The notes under the pieces were generated by a model. The model made no database searches and was not told where the DNA came from. It saw only the letters and a program-made list of their open reading frames with translations. The translations under genes and the position numbers were made by a program. A DNA stretch of 63,140 nucleotides, the filler included, from Squatina squatina (taxonomy: Eukaryota), in assembly GCA_031763465.1 (NCBI GenBank). It is 4 parts of 4 records of this genome, joined end to end, with 100 filler letters (N's around TTAATTAATTAA, not from the genome) between each part and the next. Parts side by side here need not be neighbours in the genome. Positions count along the whole stretch, not along the records: positions 22,374 to 36,402 come from JARFOE010000046.1; 3 more parts are not named here. One strand, 5' to 3'. Every line of letters begins with the position of its first letter. Position 1 is the first letter of the stretch. Of the stretch, positions 22,330 to 35,899 are shown in pieces.

Positions 22330-25300
22330 NNNNNNNNNNNNNNNNNNNNNNNNNNNNNNNNNNNNNNNNNNNNATTAGTTTCACAGTAATATTTTTATTT
22401 ACAAAGCAATATATCCTTTGTATTTCATCTAAATAATGCCTTTCAGACACTACCTTGTGAATATGCAGCTGAGACTCAGATTTGAATTTACCTTTATGTA
22501 AATGGTTATTTACTATTGCATTGTAGCTTTTAATGTTTGACGTTGAGAACAAAGGGACTTAAAATTGCTGCATGTAGAGAGAATTCTTTTGAATCTATAT
22601 AATATTCCAATTATCCATGACTGGATTCCAGCTGCACAACTAAGTGCCTTCTTTCAACATTGAGCGTATTAAATAACGAGCCTAGTTTTTCGTTCGTAGA
22701 CAGGAGTTGTAAATAATACTCGCCAAAGGCTAGACAGTTTTTTCTTTGAAAAATTCTGTATAATTTACTGTATGTCTCTCTGTTGTCTTGCATATGTATT
22801 AAGATGCAGTAAAAGAAACAGGCTTTAAAGTATATCCTGTAGTGTCTGTATGATTTAACTCGAACCCAAGAGGAAAATGTTATATGCGTGTTTATTTCAT
22901 GCCACTTTGGTTATGGATCAGATTGTCGCAGGATAAACCTGAAATGTGAATTTTCTTGCTGCACTTATAGCGATCTAGGCATACTGGAGTCCGGATATCA
23001 CTTTGCAGTAGTGCAGCATCCCAACCTGAAAAGAATAACAGTACAAATATCACTTCACAGTAACTGCATTTTCAGTGATCGAAACTTTGAACATTGGCGG
23101 TATCAGAGTCAAAGATATATCTGAAGTAGAATGCATGAACCTAAGTTAATCTGAAAGGTAGGATAAGAGTGACATTGGGGTAAAAAATTGAATAGGACAA
23201 GGGGTGAACAATATTTAACAAACTTACATGGACTAATAACAAATAAACATATGAAGTGATACAAATCATCAAGTAGTCATACATAATTTCCTGGGCCCAG
23301 CTCAACTGGCATAAACGCTGCAGAGTGGGATTGCGTCCATCAAAATTGCAGAAGGTTGACAAGGGTGGAAGTCCTACAGTACAGGGCCAGATATGCTGCG
23401 GAAACACAGAAAACTTTGAAAGAGGACAGTGTAAGGGTGTAACTTCTTTATTTAAAGGGCTTCATGCAGGTAAAGAGCTGATCAAGCTTTTGGAAGGACT
23501 GATATGGCTAGAGTTAAAGAAGGAAAGAAGTGAGCATCGAACGTTTCCCTGAAATGAACCTGCGACATAAAAGTTAGTCACTTTACCTGCCACAGTTCGA
23601 GGTATCTATGCTGTGCACATTGATTGCAGATCTGGCCGCAGCAACAAACACAGCTCTTCCAGTGCTCCAGGACTTACGCACATCCTCCTGACTCAGAGCT
23701 TCTGGTAAAGGTCTTGGATAGAGTGACTGGCTCTCTATATCCTGCTGCAAGAGTACTGTCAGGATGACCTAGCTCCTCTCTGGTGCTGCCTGATTAATTT
23801 GGCTTCCCTAATAGCTGCCTGCAGTGCTTCTTCCTCCTCCAGCACATAGATCATGTAAAATGGGATTCTCAGCGCGAGGCCCATTGTGCAGCCCTTAGAT
23901 CCGAGCTCAATGATTGTGTTGAAATAAAATCNNNNNNNNNNNNNNNNNNNNNNNNNNNNNNNNNNNNNNNNNNNNNNNNNNNNNNNNNNNNNNNNNNNNN
24001 NNNNNNNNNNNNNNNNNNNNNNNNNNNNNNNCAGCAGAACAATCCCCTTTAAGGACTGAGGTGGGCTGAGACCTGATAGCAGCTCCTCACATCAGACCAA
24101 CAATTGGGCAGCTGAAAAAACCGAAGAGTCAATAGTTCCATTAGTGCCGGTTTTGAACATAGGTTTTGTTTTGTGATGCCAAGAAATTTCTAAGAGGCCA
24201 ATTCTGTGTCTAAACATTATTGTCCAAAACGGGCGCTAAATCTACACCTATTAGCCTGATATAGCCACAGACCAATTGGGCGGCCAATAACTCTGCACTT
24301 TCATGGGAACTGCATCCCCATGTGTCTTATCTGAAAACAAATGTAATATGAAAAATATTCCTCTTTGTCTATCCTATCAGCAGAATGATTGGCTTTCTTT
24401 CCAACGTCTCGGACTAAATTCAATAATCACTTCGAGATCCTCTTCTCTTCCATTTAAATTGAACAGTTTTGAAGTATATTTGAATATATTTTACATACTA
24501 ACCCCATTTCCTAATATTGCTTTTGTGTCTGTCACTCCTTAAATTCATTTTAGCTTATCCTCTACATAAACCATCCAAGAGCAGCTGCCTAGTGGATTAA
24601 GTAGAACCTGAGCTATTAACCTGGTGAATATGCTATCATTGGAATACATTTGATTTGATTTGAGCCTTGTTCCTCAATTTTGATTAAATGCACAGCAATC
24701 TCTCATTTTCTAACACATCTGCTCTCCCTGCAGGCTATCTTCTGTAATATTAGGAACTCAAAATCCCATTCCTTTCTTAATGCATTAGTACAACTTCATT
24801 TCATGCTGAAACAAGCAACTATGAGTTATCGTACACTCGTACCTATAAGTGCTTTTTAATGAGGGTCACTTTTAAAGGCCCAAATATTTTGTAATTCATA
24901 GATTATTTTGGGACTGCTGACAGATTTGTTTAAAATGATGGAAGTAAACCCACATATAGGAAAATATATTCCTAAATCCAATAAGAATACTCTCAAGCGT
25001 AACGCAAAATGTAGGGTAAGGCTTCCTGAGTATGACAGTGAAATTTATTTTGCAGCTTCTTCAGTCCCAATATGGCAAAATTCTCCGCAAGTGTTATGTA
25101 TTAGGAATAAGGTTTTGACTTTGCTTTGTACAACTACAGCAACTCCAATGGTGGAGTATAAAGTCAGGTGATTCCTGTAAGCCCACCTCTCTCTTTCTCC
25201 AGTGACTCCAAGTGCTCACCTGAGCTGGGGGATCCTGCCTGGAGCTTAGAGCAGGGCTAGTCGATGTAAACCATGTGTATAGTTCCCAGCCTAGACATAG

Positions 25301-25519
25301 TCTTAGTCTCATGCTGGAGAGTTTGTCGCTCAACACAGTGAGTTGTTTCAAGTGCTGTGTCGCCTCAGTCATTTCCAGCTCCACCCAGCATCAATACATA
25401 AAATTGGCCACGAGGATCAGATTAAGAATCAAATCGATTTGATTGTGAGTTGGACCTGGAAAGCAACAACAGCAACAAGCCAGCCTGCAGCGAAATGCCA
25501 ATTGCCTGCAAAGCAAACA

Positions 25520-25900
25520 ACGAGCCTGCACCGCTGAGAGTCTGCCCACATCGGTAAAGTCGCCTGCATTGCTGCACCGTCGAGAGTCCACCCGCATCCG
25601 TCAGGTCGCCCGCATCACCGAGAGACCGCCCGCATTGCTGCACCACTGAGAGCCCGCCCGCATCAGTAAGGTCGCCACATCGCCGCACCCCGTCGAGAGT
25701 CCACCTGCTTCGCCGCACTGCCGCGATCCTGCACGCATCGTTAAAGCTGCCCGCAGCAAGCCTGCCTCGCTGAGAGGCCGCCCGCATCGGTAAAACCGCC
25801 ACAGCATCGAAAACCCACCAACCGCCCCCATCTTGGTAACGCCGCTGTAGTGTCAAAAATCCGTCAACTGCCACCATCTTGGTAAAGCCGTCACAGCGTT
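25520..25900. repeat. CpG-rich degenerate ~45-bp minisatellite
   Basis: Units such as ctgcaccgctgagagtctgcccacatcggtaaagtcgcctgcattg begin at ~25526, 25572, 25638 and 25683. Confidence 0.75.
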
Positions 25901-28029
25901 GAAAGCAATTGATTAAGCACTTTACAGCCTTCTGGACTTAACATTGAGTTCAACAATTTCAGAGCATACCCTCTGCTCTATCGTTTTTTTCATTTTTTTT
26001 CTTTTCATCATTTTAAATAAGGTCTATTTTTCATTTCCCTCTCATGGCTGTTGCTGTTTCCCCCCCCCCCCTGTTTACACCTTATCTAGATGTAATGTGC
26101 TTTGTTATGTTGCCATTACCACCTCTGATTGCCTTGCATCATCTCTTAATCTCTTCCGCCTTCCACACAATCATGTTACCCTTTGTTGTTCNNNNNNNNN
26201 NNNNNNNNNNNNNNNNNNNNNNNNNNNNNNNNNNNNNNNNNNNNNNNNNNNNNNNNNNNNNNNNNNNNNNNNNNNNNNNNNNNNNNNNNNNACATGGAGT
26301 TGCGGGAAAGATGGGCACGGATTTTGGAGGCAACAACACATTCAAGGACTTTACGTCTAGTTGTGTTAACATTGGCTGCAACTATTGCAAGATGGACGGT
26401 ACAAAATAATGAAAGTAAAAAATGCTCAGAGAAGCTTAGCGTAGATGATATTTTAAAGTGATGGAAGACCATAGTTAGCATTAAATCAATTCCAGTTACT
26501 CCTTGAGATGAAGGGCTGCCTTAGAGGTGACTGCTAATCTAACTAATGCAGTCTTAAAAAATAAAAGTAACTGGGATGATAGCCAGAAATGTGTGATTAC
26601 ATGAACAAGTCACAAAGAGCAAATCACTTTTAACCAACAGTCCAAGTGGTGGTGGGAGGCAAGATCCAACACATTTTCCCAGCTGTTGAGAATGGTAGCT
26701 CTGAGTGAAGATATATTTTTATACTGACTTGAATTAAATGAGATTCTATATTTATTTTATTCCAGTTCAAATTTTATGATATGAGTTTAACGCGGCATGG
26801 TTTGTGCCAGTGGACCAAAAAACAATTGAGTTAATTATTAGTGGTAGATCCCATTAGCTTAATGAACTATTATTTTGGCTGTATAAAACGGCTACTGTCA
26901 GCTGTACAATTAGTTGCATTTATTACTTAACAATTGATCCCAGCATAATGACTCGCGGTGCATTCTCTCATTGGCGGATGAGGAATAAAGAGTAATGTAC
27001 CAAAAGAGGACGAGAGCCTGAGCCCAGACTTACTCTGTGGAAAATGTCATATGAGTGGTGTCTGAGATTATTAATGCTCTCACAAGAAATAATGACTGAT
27101 GCATGCCAATNNNNNNNNNNNNNNNNNNNNNNNNNNNNNNNNNNNNNNNNNNNNNNNNNNNNNNNNNNNNNNNNNNNNNNNNNNNNNNNNNNNNNNNNNN
27201 NNNNNNNNNNCATTTTTTGTTGGTAGTATAGTATAAATAACAAATCTCATCTGTTAACATAACTCTTACCAATTCAACACCATAGAGCTATGAAACCTAT
27301 TATCTGGAAGATCATTATTCTTTAAATAACTTTGCTTTGTTGCATGTAAGATGCCATGTATGCTTAAGAATTCTCCTTTGCAAAAACAAAGGCTCCATGG
27401 GCATTAATATCATTAGAAAATGAAAGACTGAATGTTTCTTAGCAACAATCTTTTTCCATATTTTGTCCAGCGATCTGCACAAAGCATATTTGAGTGTTAA
27501 AAGCATAATTGAATATTAAAAGAATAATTAAATATTAAAAGCAAAATTGAATATTAAAAGAAAAACATAATAAGCACTACAGATGAAATGCTATAAGACC
27601 TCTGCTTGAAGTAGACATAAGAAGAATGGTAACATTGTGGTATTATGTTTTTACCGTACGGCATACAAATGCTGCTGAGTGGCTCATTAAAGTATTAAAA
27701 TATGCAAATATAATGCTGGAGGCTATTCTGCTTAGCGTAGGTTTGTGACGTTCTATTCGTTTAGAAATTGTTCCCTATTCATTTTTATGAAACATTGTTA
27801 AGTTTACAGCAAGGGTAATTCTTATTGAAGTGTATAATCTGACAGCCCATATGCCAGCATCAACCATTGCAAATGCTAATCTGTTATCAATTTAACATTG
27901 GCTAAATTCAACACCTCATTTTGAGTGGCTGGTGGAATCTAACCTTTGTAAATATTAGAATCAAAGTTCCTTAAATTATCCAGAATGATTCAAATCTCTG
28001 GAAATAAAAGAAATTGCCCTTTGTTTTAA

Positions 28030-28450
28030 ACATGCGTCACTTAGTGTGTTTTGTTGCTGTTAGCTCTCCTACCCTGGGGCAGACGGTTGTCGGTTCAAGC
28101 TACAAGCCCAGAGTGTGAGATCAAAATGTCGGCAGTCAATGCAGTGGTGAGGGAGTGCTACCCTGTTGGAGGTGCTGCACTTCAGATCAGGTCTCACCTG
28201 TGTGGTTCAGGTGGATGTTAAAGATCCCATGGCACGATACGAAGAAGAGCAGCTTGGAATCCTCATCAACATCGCCAAAAACAGGTTGACTGGTCATCCA
28301 TTTTCTTGCTGTTTGCGGGATCTTCAGTTCACAAAATGGTTACCACTTTTGTCGATAATACATAAGTTATTGCACTGTAAAATAATTAATTGTATTTAAA
28401 AAGCTCTGACAGGTTTCCGAAAGATGTGATAGAATTGCAAATCTGTCTTT
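28030..28450 (+). mobile_element. SacSINE1/DeuSINE-type SINE (old, diverged)
   Basis: 'ggttcaggtggatgttaaagatcccatggcacgatacgaagaagagcag' core; tRNA-like head 'ggttgtcggttcaagc'. Confidence 0.7.
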
Positions 28451-29379
28451 TTTAATTTAATTTTTGTACCACAGCAGACTTCATGTGGGCAATATACCTT
28501 TTAAATGCGCACTTCTGATATTAAGTGTGGAATGTATATTCACTATCAGGAGTGTCCTGTATCAGGAATTCTGAAACACTACCATCAGGGCATCTTTCCC
28601 TGTATTATATTCCCTGTATAATCCACAGCTGCTTTGCACACAGGAGCTACTCTCAGAGCAGAGAGATGCACTACTCATTGCTTAGCTTTAATTCTGTTTG
28701 GTGATCAAAGGCTAAATACTGCTGACCCCAGAGCATAAATACAAGCAGTTTAGACAGAATTTACTTTAATTTATGGTGCGTGTGCGCGCCCTGAGGCAAT
28801 CAGCATCAAGTGAATCAGCAGTGATGCTGCTTATTATAAAGAAATCTATATGAAACAGATGAAAGCTGGGATGTAATGATTTGAAGTACTGGGCAAGAGG
28901 AAGATTGGAGAGAGAGTGAAGAAAAGCAGTCAGATTTTCTTTTTGCTCTCTCTCTCTTCTTTTCCCATATAAAATTATTCATCCTTTGATGACTTAAATT
29001 GAAAATGGAACTTGGAAAAATTGATTTAATGAGCACACCCCCTTTCTATCCTCAATCCCAATGTTTTTGGTACTNNNNNNNNNNNNNNNNNNNNNNNNNN
29101 NNNNNNNNNNNNNNNNNNNNNNNNNNNNNNNNNNNNNNNNNNNNNNNNNNNNNNNNNNNNNNNNNNNNNNNNNNAAAAAGTTGCATCGAAGACCTTCCTG
29201 AAATCGCGGTCTCACTTCGCGGTCTCGCGATATTAAATCCAGTCCACTACGTGTAGTGCGAGAATGTCTTTGACCATGGGTTAAGCAATCATCCAATGAG
29301 ATTGCAGCCTCATGACTGCTGAAAGAGCAGGAGAGAAGCACAGAAATTACGGGTAAAGAGATAACCATATCGACTGAAT

Positions 29380-30414
29380 CTCAAAAGAGAAAATCTGACA
29401 CAATTGCTGAGATGCTAAAAGTCATTGACCAGATCAAGGAAGACGCCACTGAAGCATCCGTTTCTAAAAGAATTGAGGTCACAATCAACGTTTTAAAATA
29501 AAGAGATGTTGAGAAGAATGTTGATGGAGATGGATGAAGGTGGCCAAGCAAGAAGGAAAGCCCGCAATGCCGATAACACACCTCTCGACAAGGCCGGTTT
29601 CACGTAGTTCACCCAGCAGAGAGCCAAGGGCGTGCCCATATCCGGTCCTGTTATTCAAGCTCAGTCTAAGAGGGTTTCCCGACAAATGAATGAGAATGCA
29701 GGTACCAGTGTCGCAGCAGAGGTTGAAGCCAGCAGAGGATGGTTAGCAAGGTTCAAGAACCGGCAAGGCATTTCACAAGCTGTGATAAGAGGGAAACATC
29801 GATCCACATCTGAGGCAGCTGCAGCATCATTTCCCGCTGAATTAAAGAAAATTATACATGAAGGAGGATACAACAAAGAAGGAATCTACAACTGCGATGA
29901 GACCGGAGAAAATACTAGCGACCAGAAAGGAGACCAACAGAACTTGCGGATTTAAACAGATCAAGACGAGGTTGACAGTCCTCCTTTGCTGCAACAAAAC
30001 TGGTCGACATAAGCTGACTCCGCTCGTCACTGGAAAATTCGCCAAACCATGTTGCTTCCATCACCTGAACCTAAAATCACTACCAATATTCACATAGCGC
30101 CAAAGCCTGGATGACGTCATCAATTTTCAAAGACTGGTTCCATCGTGAATTCGTACCAAATGTCAGAAAACATCTCACACACAACAGACTACTAAAGAAA
30201 GCCATCTTGCTGCTTGACAACTGCCCTGCACACCCACCCCCAGAGAACCTGGTAAGACAAGATGGGAACATTAAATGCGTCTATCTGCCTCGAAACACGA
30301 CTTTGAAAATTCAACCCCTTGACCAAGGCATCATATCGATCTTCAAGCATAACTACAGAAGAGAACTGATCAAGACACTGGTGAACAGTACGAACAACAG
30401 CTTGCCTGAATAAA
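29380..30414 (+). mobile_element. Tigger/pogo (Tc1-mariner superfamily) transposase pseudogene
   Basis: CENP-B-type HTH 'PISGPVIQAQ...ASRGWLARFKNRQGI' and DDE_1 motifs 'IYNCDETG', 'RLTVLLCCN', 'WMTSSIFKDWF', 'LLLDNCPAHP', 'IQPLDQGII'; split over several frames by indels and stops. Confidence 0.92.
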
Positions 30415-33195
30415 NNNNNNNNNNNNNNNNNNNNNNNNNNNNNNNNNNNNNNNNNNNNNNNNNNNNNNNNNNNNNNNNNNNNNNNNNNNNNNNNNNNNNN
30501 NNNNNNNNNNNNNNTGACAACAAACAGATAAAGAGTTAACAAGGAGGAAATTCTGTTGAGCCAGAGAGAGAAACTCGAAAGGGAGACAAAAACTATTAGG
30601 TGGGAGATGAGCAGATAGCTAGATAGAAGGTAGAAGATGAACAGAGGAGACAAGCAATCACAATGAGAGATACAGTGCGCAGAAGATCAATTATTATGTT
30701 TAAAGTTTTACATAGATATAGGGTTACTGGCTTTGTATTTCACATTATATATAAAAATCCTATCAATTACTTGAGAGCTCCAAGGAAATGTAGTGCCATG
30801 TATGAAATAATGATGTACCACACTGATGTAGTACATCAACCAAAATTACCCACTTTCTTGAATAAAATAGCTCATTTTGTATTGATGGGCAACCTTATTT
30901 GCTAACTATGTCCATTATTTGTTTATGTCTACACGATAATAAATATATTTGTTTCCTCCTGCCACATCAATTATTGGTCCCAGGATGAAAGAAGATGGAT
31001 GATTTTAAGCAGTGCTGTAGATCACCATAATATCAAATGTATTGTTTTTGTAATAAAATGCTTTAAAACTGCAGTTGCTTAAGTATACTATAAAGTAATA
31101 ATAGAATCATAACGGTTTCCTATTATCTTCAAATCACAAAAGTTTTTTTATTGATTTTTCTTGAAATAGCTTTCAGTTAAATTGAAGTTCTGATATGTGC
31201 TATCATGTGTTTTATGATATTTAGTTCCAGGATTTATGGCTATAAGAACTGATATCATCATTGATGTCCAAAGTAAAAAGAATCAATACAGAGTTACAGT
31301 AATAACTCTGAATGTTAAAGAAAACCTTTTCAATGGAGACAAGCTGCAACCCAGGCTTGNNNNNNNNNNNNNNNNNNNNNNNNNNNNNNNNNNNNNNNNN
31401 NNNNNNNNNNNNNNNNNNNNNNNNNNNNNNNNNNNNNNNNNNNNNNNNNNNNNNNNNNNTTTTAACTAAAGGAAAGTAATAGTTGCAGAATAATGATTTT
31501 AAACAAGCAAATTACAATTCGATCCCATTTACAAAGTTAAAGGAAATAGCACATTCCAATGGATGAAATCAGATGCATAGAAACACAAATCAGGCACATG
31601 GAAAGTAATTATTCAAAATAAATTGTACTCTAGTGCCAAAGCCTGGTTTGAACACAATGCCAAGATATTAGTCAGCACCACAAAGGCTGATAACTAGTTA
31701 ACTGCTTGACTGCCACTCTCTCCATTTATGCCAATTCAATTTGTGATAGTTGCTTTGATTGACATTTTAAAGAACCTCCACAGATCCATTGAAGTCATGT
31801 CTTCAATAAAATATCTGTTAATGGCATTCAAGCAATTATCATAGGCAGATCAGGGCAATTCATGGATCAACTCAGATGGGAGGATTGATATGATGTGCTT
31901 CACATGCAGCACAATTTTTTGCATTGGCGTTCATGACATCCATTAGAAAATTAACTCTATTTTTTAATTATTAATTTCAGTAAATTACTCACAAATGAAC
32001 CATCTATATAATGTTGAACCACATTACTGTTTTGTTTATAGTGCAGAAAGATTGGCAGCGCAATGAAGTATTCACCTTTGCAATGCATTGATTTTAAGAT
32101 ATCTGCTTGAAAAGATTTTTTTAATTCTCAGTTGACCAGACTCGAGTATCTTTCAATCCATTTCCTTACAACAAGTCCTTTTCCCATATGATAACGTCTT
32201 TGTCTTTGGTAAGTCACGATCATTAATTAATTTTCTGAGGCCATTATTGCTCTCCTTCATATTACAATTACTGTCCTTCACGAGCCGGCTACCACTTGAT
32301 CTCCTATCGTTACTACAGCCCAGTTTTATGTCACTCCACTGCCATTTTCTTCTGCACATTAATGTTATTGCTCACAAAATGAAAGGTNNNNNNNNNNNNN
32401 NNNNNNNNNNNNNNNNNNNNNNNNNNNNNNNNNNNNNNNNNNNNNNNNNNNNNNNNNNNNNNNNNNNNNNNNNNNNNNNNNNNNNNNTTATGTTGGAGCT
32501 GATCATGGTAGGATTCTTAGAGCCAAGGTGAGATTTTGTCCAAGGGCACTGATGCTGCTGGAATAGATGGCAGGTGAGGTTGAGGTGACAGAGGCGATCT
32601 GTCAATGGTGAACAAGGTTGTTCCAAGGAGGTGACAGTGGATAGAGAGTTTTCTCCAAATACTTCCAAATTGCATAAAGCTCAAATGAGTTCTCCAAACC
32701 CTGAAGGCCCCAGCTGCTGAGATTGGAAAGTGAACAGCTGTGAATTGGTGGCATTTATACCACTTTTCCAGCTCTCTACTATTCAGAAGAATGGATACCG
32801 ATGGAGCACCTGATCTACTTACCTGACGTGCTCCTCGAGCGCTGTGAACCTCATCGAAAAGCTGGAAAAATGGTAAGTGCATGGCAAAATGGTGTTTGAT
32901 TGGCTTTTAACTACCTCCCCCGCCGCTTGGTGTTGGGTCTGTTAAGTGCTGTCAGACCCAATACATGGGAGACTAGTGTGGAGGTGGGTTGACAGCGGGC
33001 TCCTGACTTGCTGTCAATCTTTTCTATTTTGACACCTGGTCCGCCTCTGATCCTGCCCCCTCAACACTGGTAAAATCCTGGCCTTAGAGCTAATTTATTC
33101 AGCAATAAAAATGTATCATATTTTTAACAAAAGAAAATGTTTGGAAAATTCTACAACTTTCTTAAATATTCCATGGAAATAGGAANNNNNNNNNN

Positions 33196-33345
33196 AGCGC
33201 ATGCTTCGATTCGATAACCACAAATCTGCATTCGATTCCGCTTGCTTCTCTTCCACGGGAAGCTAAACGAGGTACAGCTTAACACAATCAGTGGCGCTGG
33301 CTGCTCGTGGAACATTTCCTCTCTCCAGCTGGTTGCTATGAAAAC
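33196..33345 (+). promoter_or_regulatory. Possible promoter / first-exon region
   Basis: Local CpG enrichment, gcgcatgc (NRF1-like), possible donor gag|gtacag, and an imperfect RFX X-box gttgctatgaaaac at ~33332. Confidence 0.3.
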
Positions 33346-34289
33346 AATATTATAAATGTATTTTTTGTTAATATTCTACTATTTAACCTTGCACTCTAAT
33401 TGACACGGAGATGAACGGCATGGAATATAAAATAATTGTTGAACTAAGTTAAATAGCATTACATGACTGGAACGGATAATACTCCTTGGATTACCTCCAA
33501 AAGTATAATGAACTGATCTATCTACAAGTGTGTTTTGGGACTAAAAACATATTGATTTAACATGTCTAACTGACAACTGAAAGAATATCACTGCATTATG
33601 CTGGAGTCTGCACAGGACAGGAATGCTCACCTGTTAAGCCATTTAGGTTCATTTGTATTCCAGCTCCTCCAAGGGACTGCCACACGTACAACTGTGCAGT
33701 TAATGTGAAAGTAAAATGCACTCAATTGATTTTAATCAAGTTGCTTTAATTAAGTTTTACCACATAGCCATGTTTTTTTAACAGTGATTTTTGTTGTGAT
33801 GGTTTTTTGTTTTACCTCTGAGAACTGGCACACAGCAAAATCAGATATTTTATGAACAAGAATGTAGCAAAAAAAAACTGAAGGCCAAATTGTCAAAGTG
33901 AGGGCATTTTCTTGGTAATGCTTTTACTACCAATTTTGCCTATTTCGTGGTAAGCTTTTAAATCTTTTTTCTATACATGTAGCTTCGCATCCATATTTTC
34001 TTATTTTACAAATGTAATCAGTACAGTACAGATGAATGTGTGCTAGCTCAACGCGAACTCTTACTTGTTCGCCAATGTGTTTATCTGTGAAGATGTGAAG
34101 GTTTTGATCCTGAAATGGCACACTGCTAAATCAACAGAAAAGGAGCAGGGAAGGGGAAAATGGAAAAGAAGACAGGGTAAGATAAACAAAGAGTAGAGAG
34201 TAACAGAAGCAAAGGAGACAAAAACAAAAGACATGAAGAAAAAGCAAGCAACAAATGAAGCAGAGGGAATGAAGCAAAAAGAGCAAGGA

Positions 34290-34770
34290 GCAAAAGTCTC
34301 GCTCTCTCTCCTCTGATTTCACTGCCATCCCTATAACTCTCCTACGAGAATTCATGATTATCTCCCATGGTCTTGATGAGGATATCTCCGACCTTCTTTA
34401 TGTCTTCAGATCTCCTCACCTTCTTCAATCCCAGTTCCTTTTATATCTGCCCAACCAATAAACTCTCCCCAAGTCACTTTCAAATTGCCAACTGTTGAGC
34501 CTTGCCCCCCCCCCCCCGCCACCGCCATTATACCTCTGCAGCTGTTGATCTGTTCAACCGCTCCCTCCAATGATCTTTTGACACCCATGGCTCCAATAAA
34601 AACTTCACCGTCTACCATTTCCTCCCCAAAGTCCTTGAATGTGTATCGACTCAAATCCGTGCTCATCTCTCTCATAACTTCTGTTTGATTTTCTCCGATC
34701 AGGTTTCCACCCCTTCAATAGCTCCGGAATAGCCCTAACCAAAGTCATGAAGTGCATTGTCTGTGTCTGT
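34290..34770 (+). mobile_element. Degraded L2-type LINE ORF2 fragment
   Basis: C/T-rich sequence with 'atcaggtttccacccc...gccctaaccaaagtcatgaag', matching the QSGFRP..HSTETAL.KV region of L2 reverse transcriptase. Confidence 0.55.
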
Positions 34771-35899
34771 GGTATTTATTTCTTTGCATNNNNNNNNNNN
34801 NNNNNNNNNNNNNNNNNNNNNNNNNNNNNNNNNNNNNNNNNNNNNNNNNNNNNNNNNNNNNNNNNNNNNNNNNNNNNNNNNNNNNNNNNGGGCGTTGAAT
34901 GAAGGGGCGACATTAAAAATGGCAAGCCATGTGCAGTGACTGACATCATGATCTACCTACTCTGCATACTGCTGGCGCGCACACATCTCGCTCACACCAT
35001 CGCCCTCACCAAGATGGCGAACATCAGAAGTGGGAAGAAGTGAGACAGACATCTTTTTTAAAAAAAACAAATTTAACTGCCGGTGCCAAAGTGCTGAATT
35101 TCGCGGCCAAAGGCTCATGCAAGAGAGACAAATTTGTGAAAAAATATTGTACTTTTGAATTGTAATGTATATGTCGTAAAATGCCTAAATTATAAGTTGA
35201 TTGTGTTTGAAATACAATTTTACCAATTGAGAAACTGCTTCGCTGTTGTCAGTTTCCCTAATTTTCCCCTCATTCATAATGCATGAGGGAAAAATTCCAT
35301 TAGCCTTTAGATTGCCCCAGGACTTAACACGAGAGGGTAACCACATTATATAAAGTACGTTTGAGGAAAATTCATAAATGTTAACTATTAACTTTGACAT
35401 TCCCCATGTTATTATATCTACCATTGGGTATTGCTTGTGTAAATCATTGATCTCTTTCTATGGGAAGGTATTTCTTGTGCTGCTAACCTGAACAATTTTA
35501 TCATTTGAAGTGCAAAAGCAAGTGGAATTAATCTGCGAGAACTCACCATTAAAAAACAGTAGAATTTGAAACAGATTTTATCAGTATGTCATCCTCACAG
35601 TAATTTTAATTTAGTTAAGGTTTTACTTGTGTTGGTGTGGCATATTTCACTCATTCTTAAGGGTGGGTTCAGATTTATGCTTCCTAATGGGAATAGATAT
35701 TTCTGAAAATTACTATGACCCAGAAGTTGTTAGGTTTTTTAAGTTAATGATTTTTCTGCCTTAATATTTTTATTCAGTTATAAATATTGTTGTATAAGTT
35801 CCACAGGTGTATTAAAGTTGTAAATTCTGTCAGTTCTGGGTATTCCCACCTGTACAATAAACTCATAAATCCTCTTTATTTCTGACTTCTTTTAAATAG

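Noticed and set aside
26292-26409. Cys-containing peptide HGVAGKMGTDFGG...CVNIGCNYCK
   Set aside because: Short, begins in a gap, has no splice support and no recognisable family.
29632-30413. Domesticated TIGD/JRK/CENP-B gene
   Set aside because: Multiple frameshifts and in-frame stops across the HTH and DDE domains.
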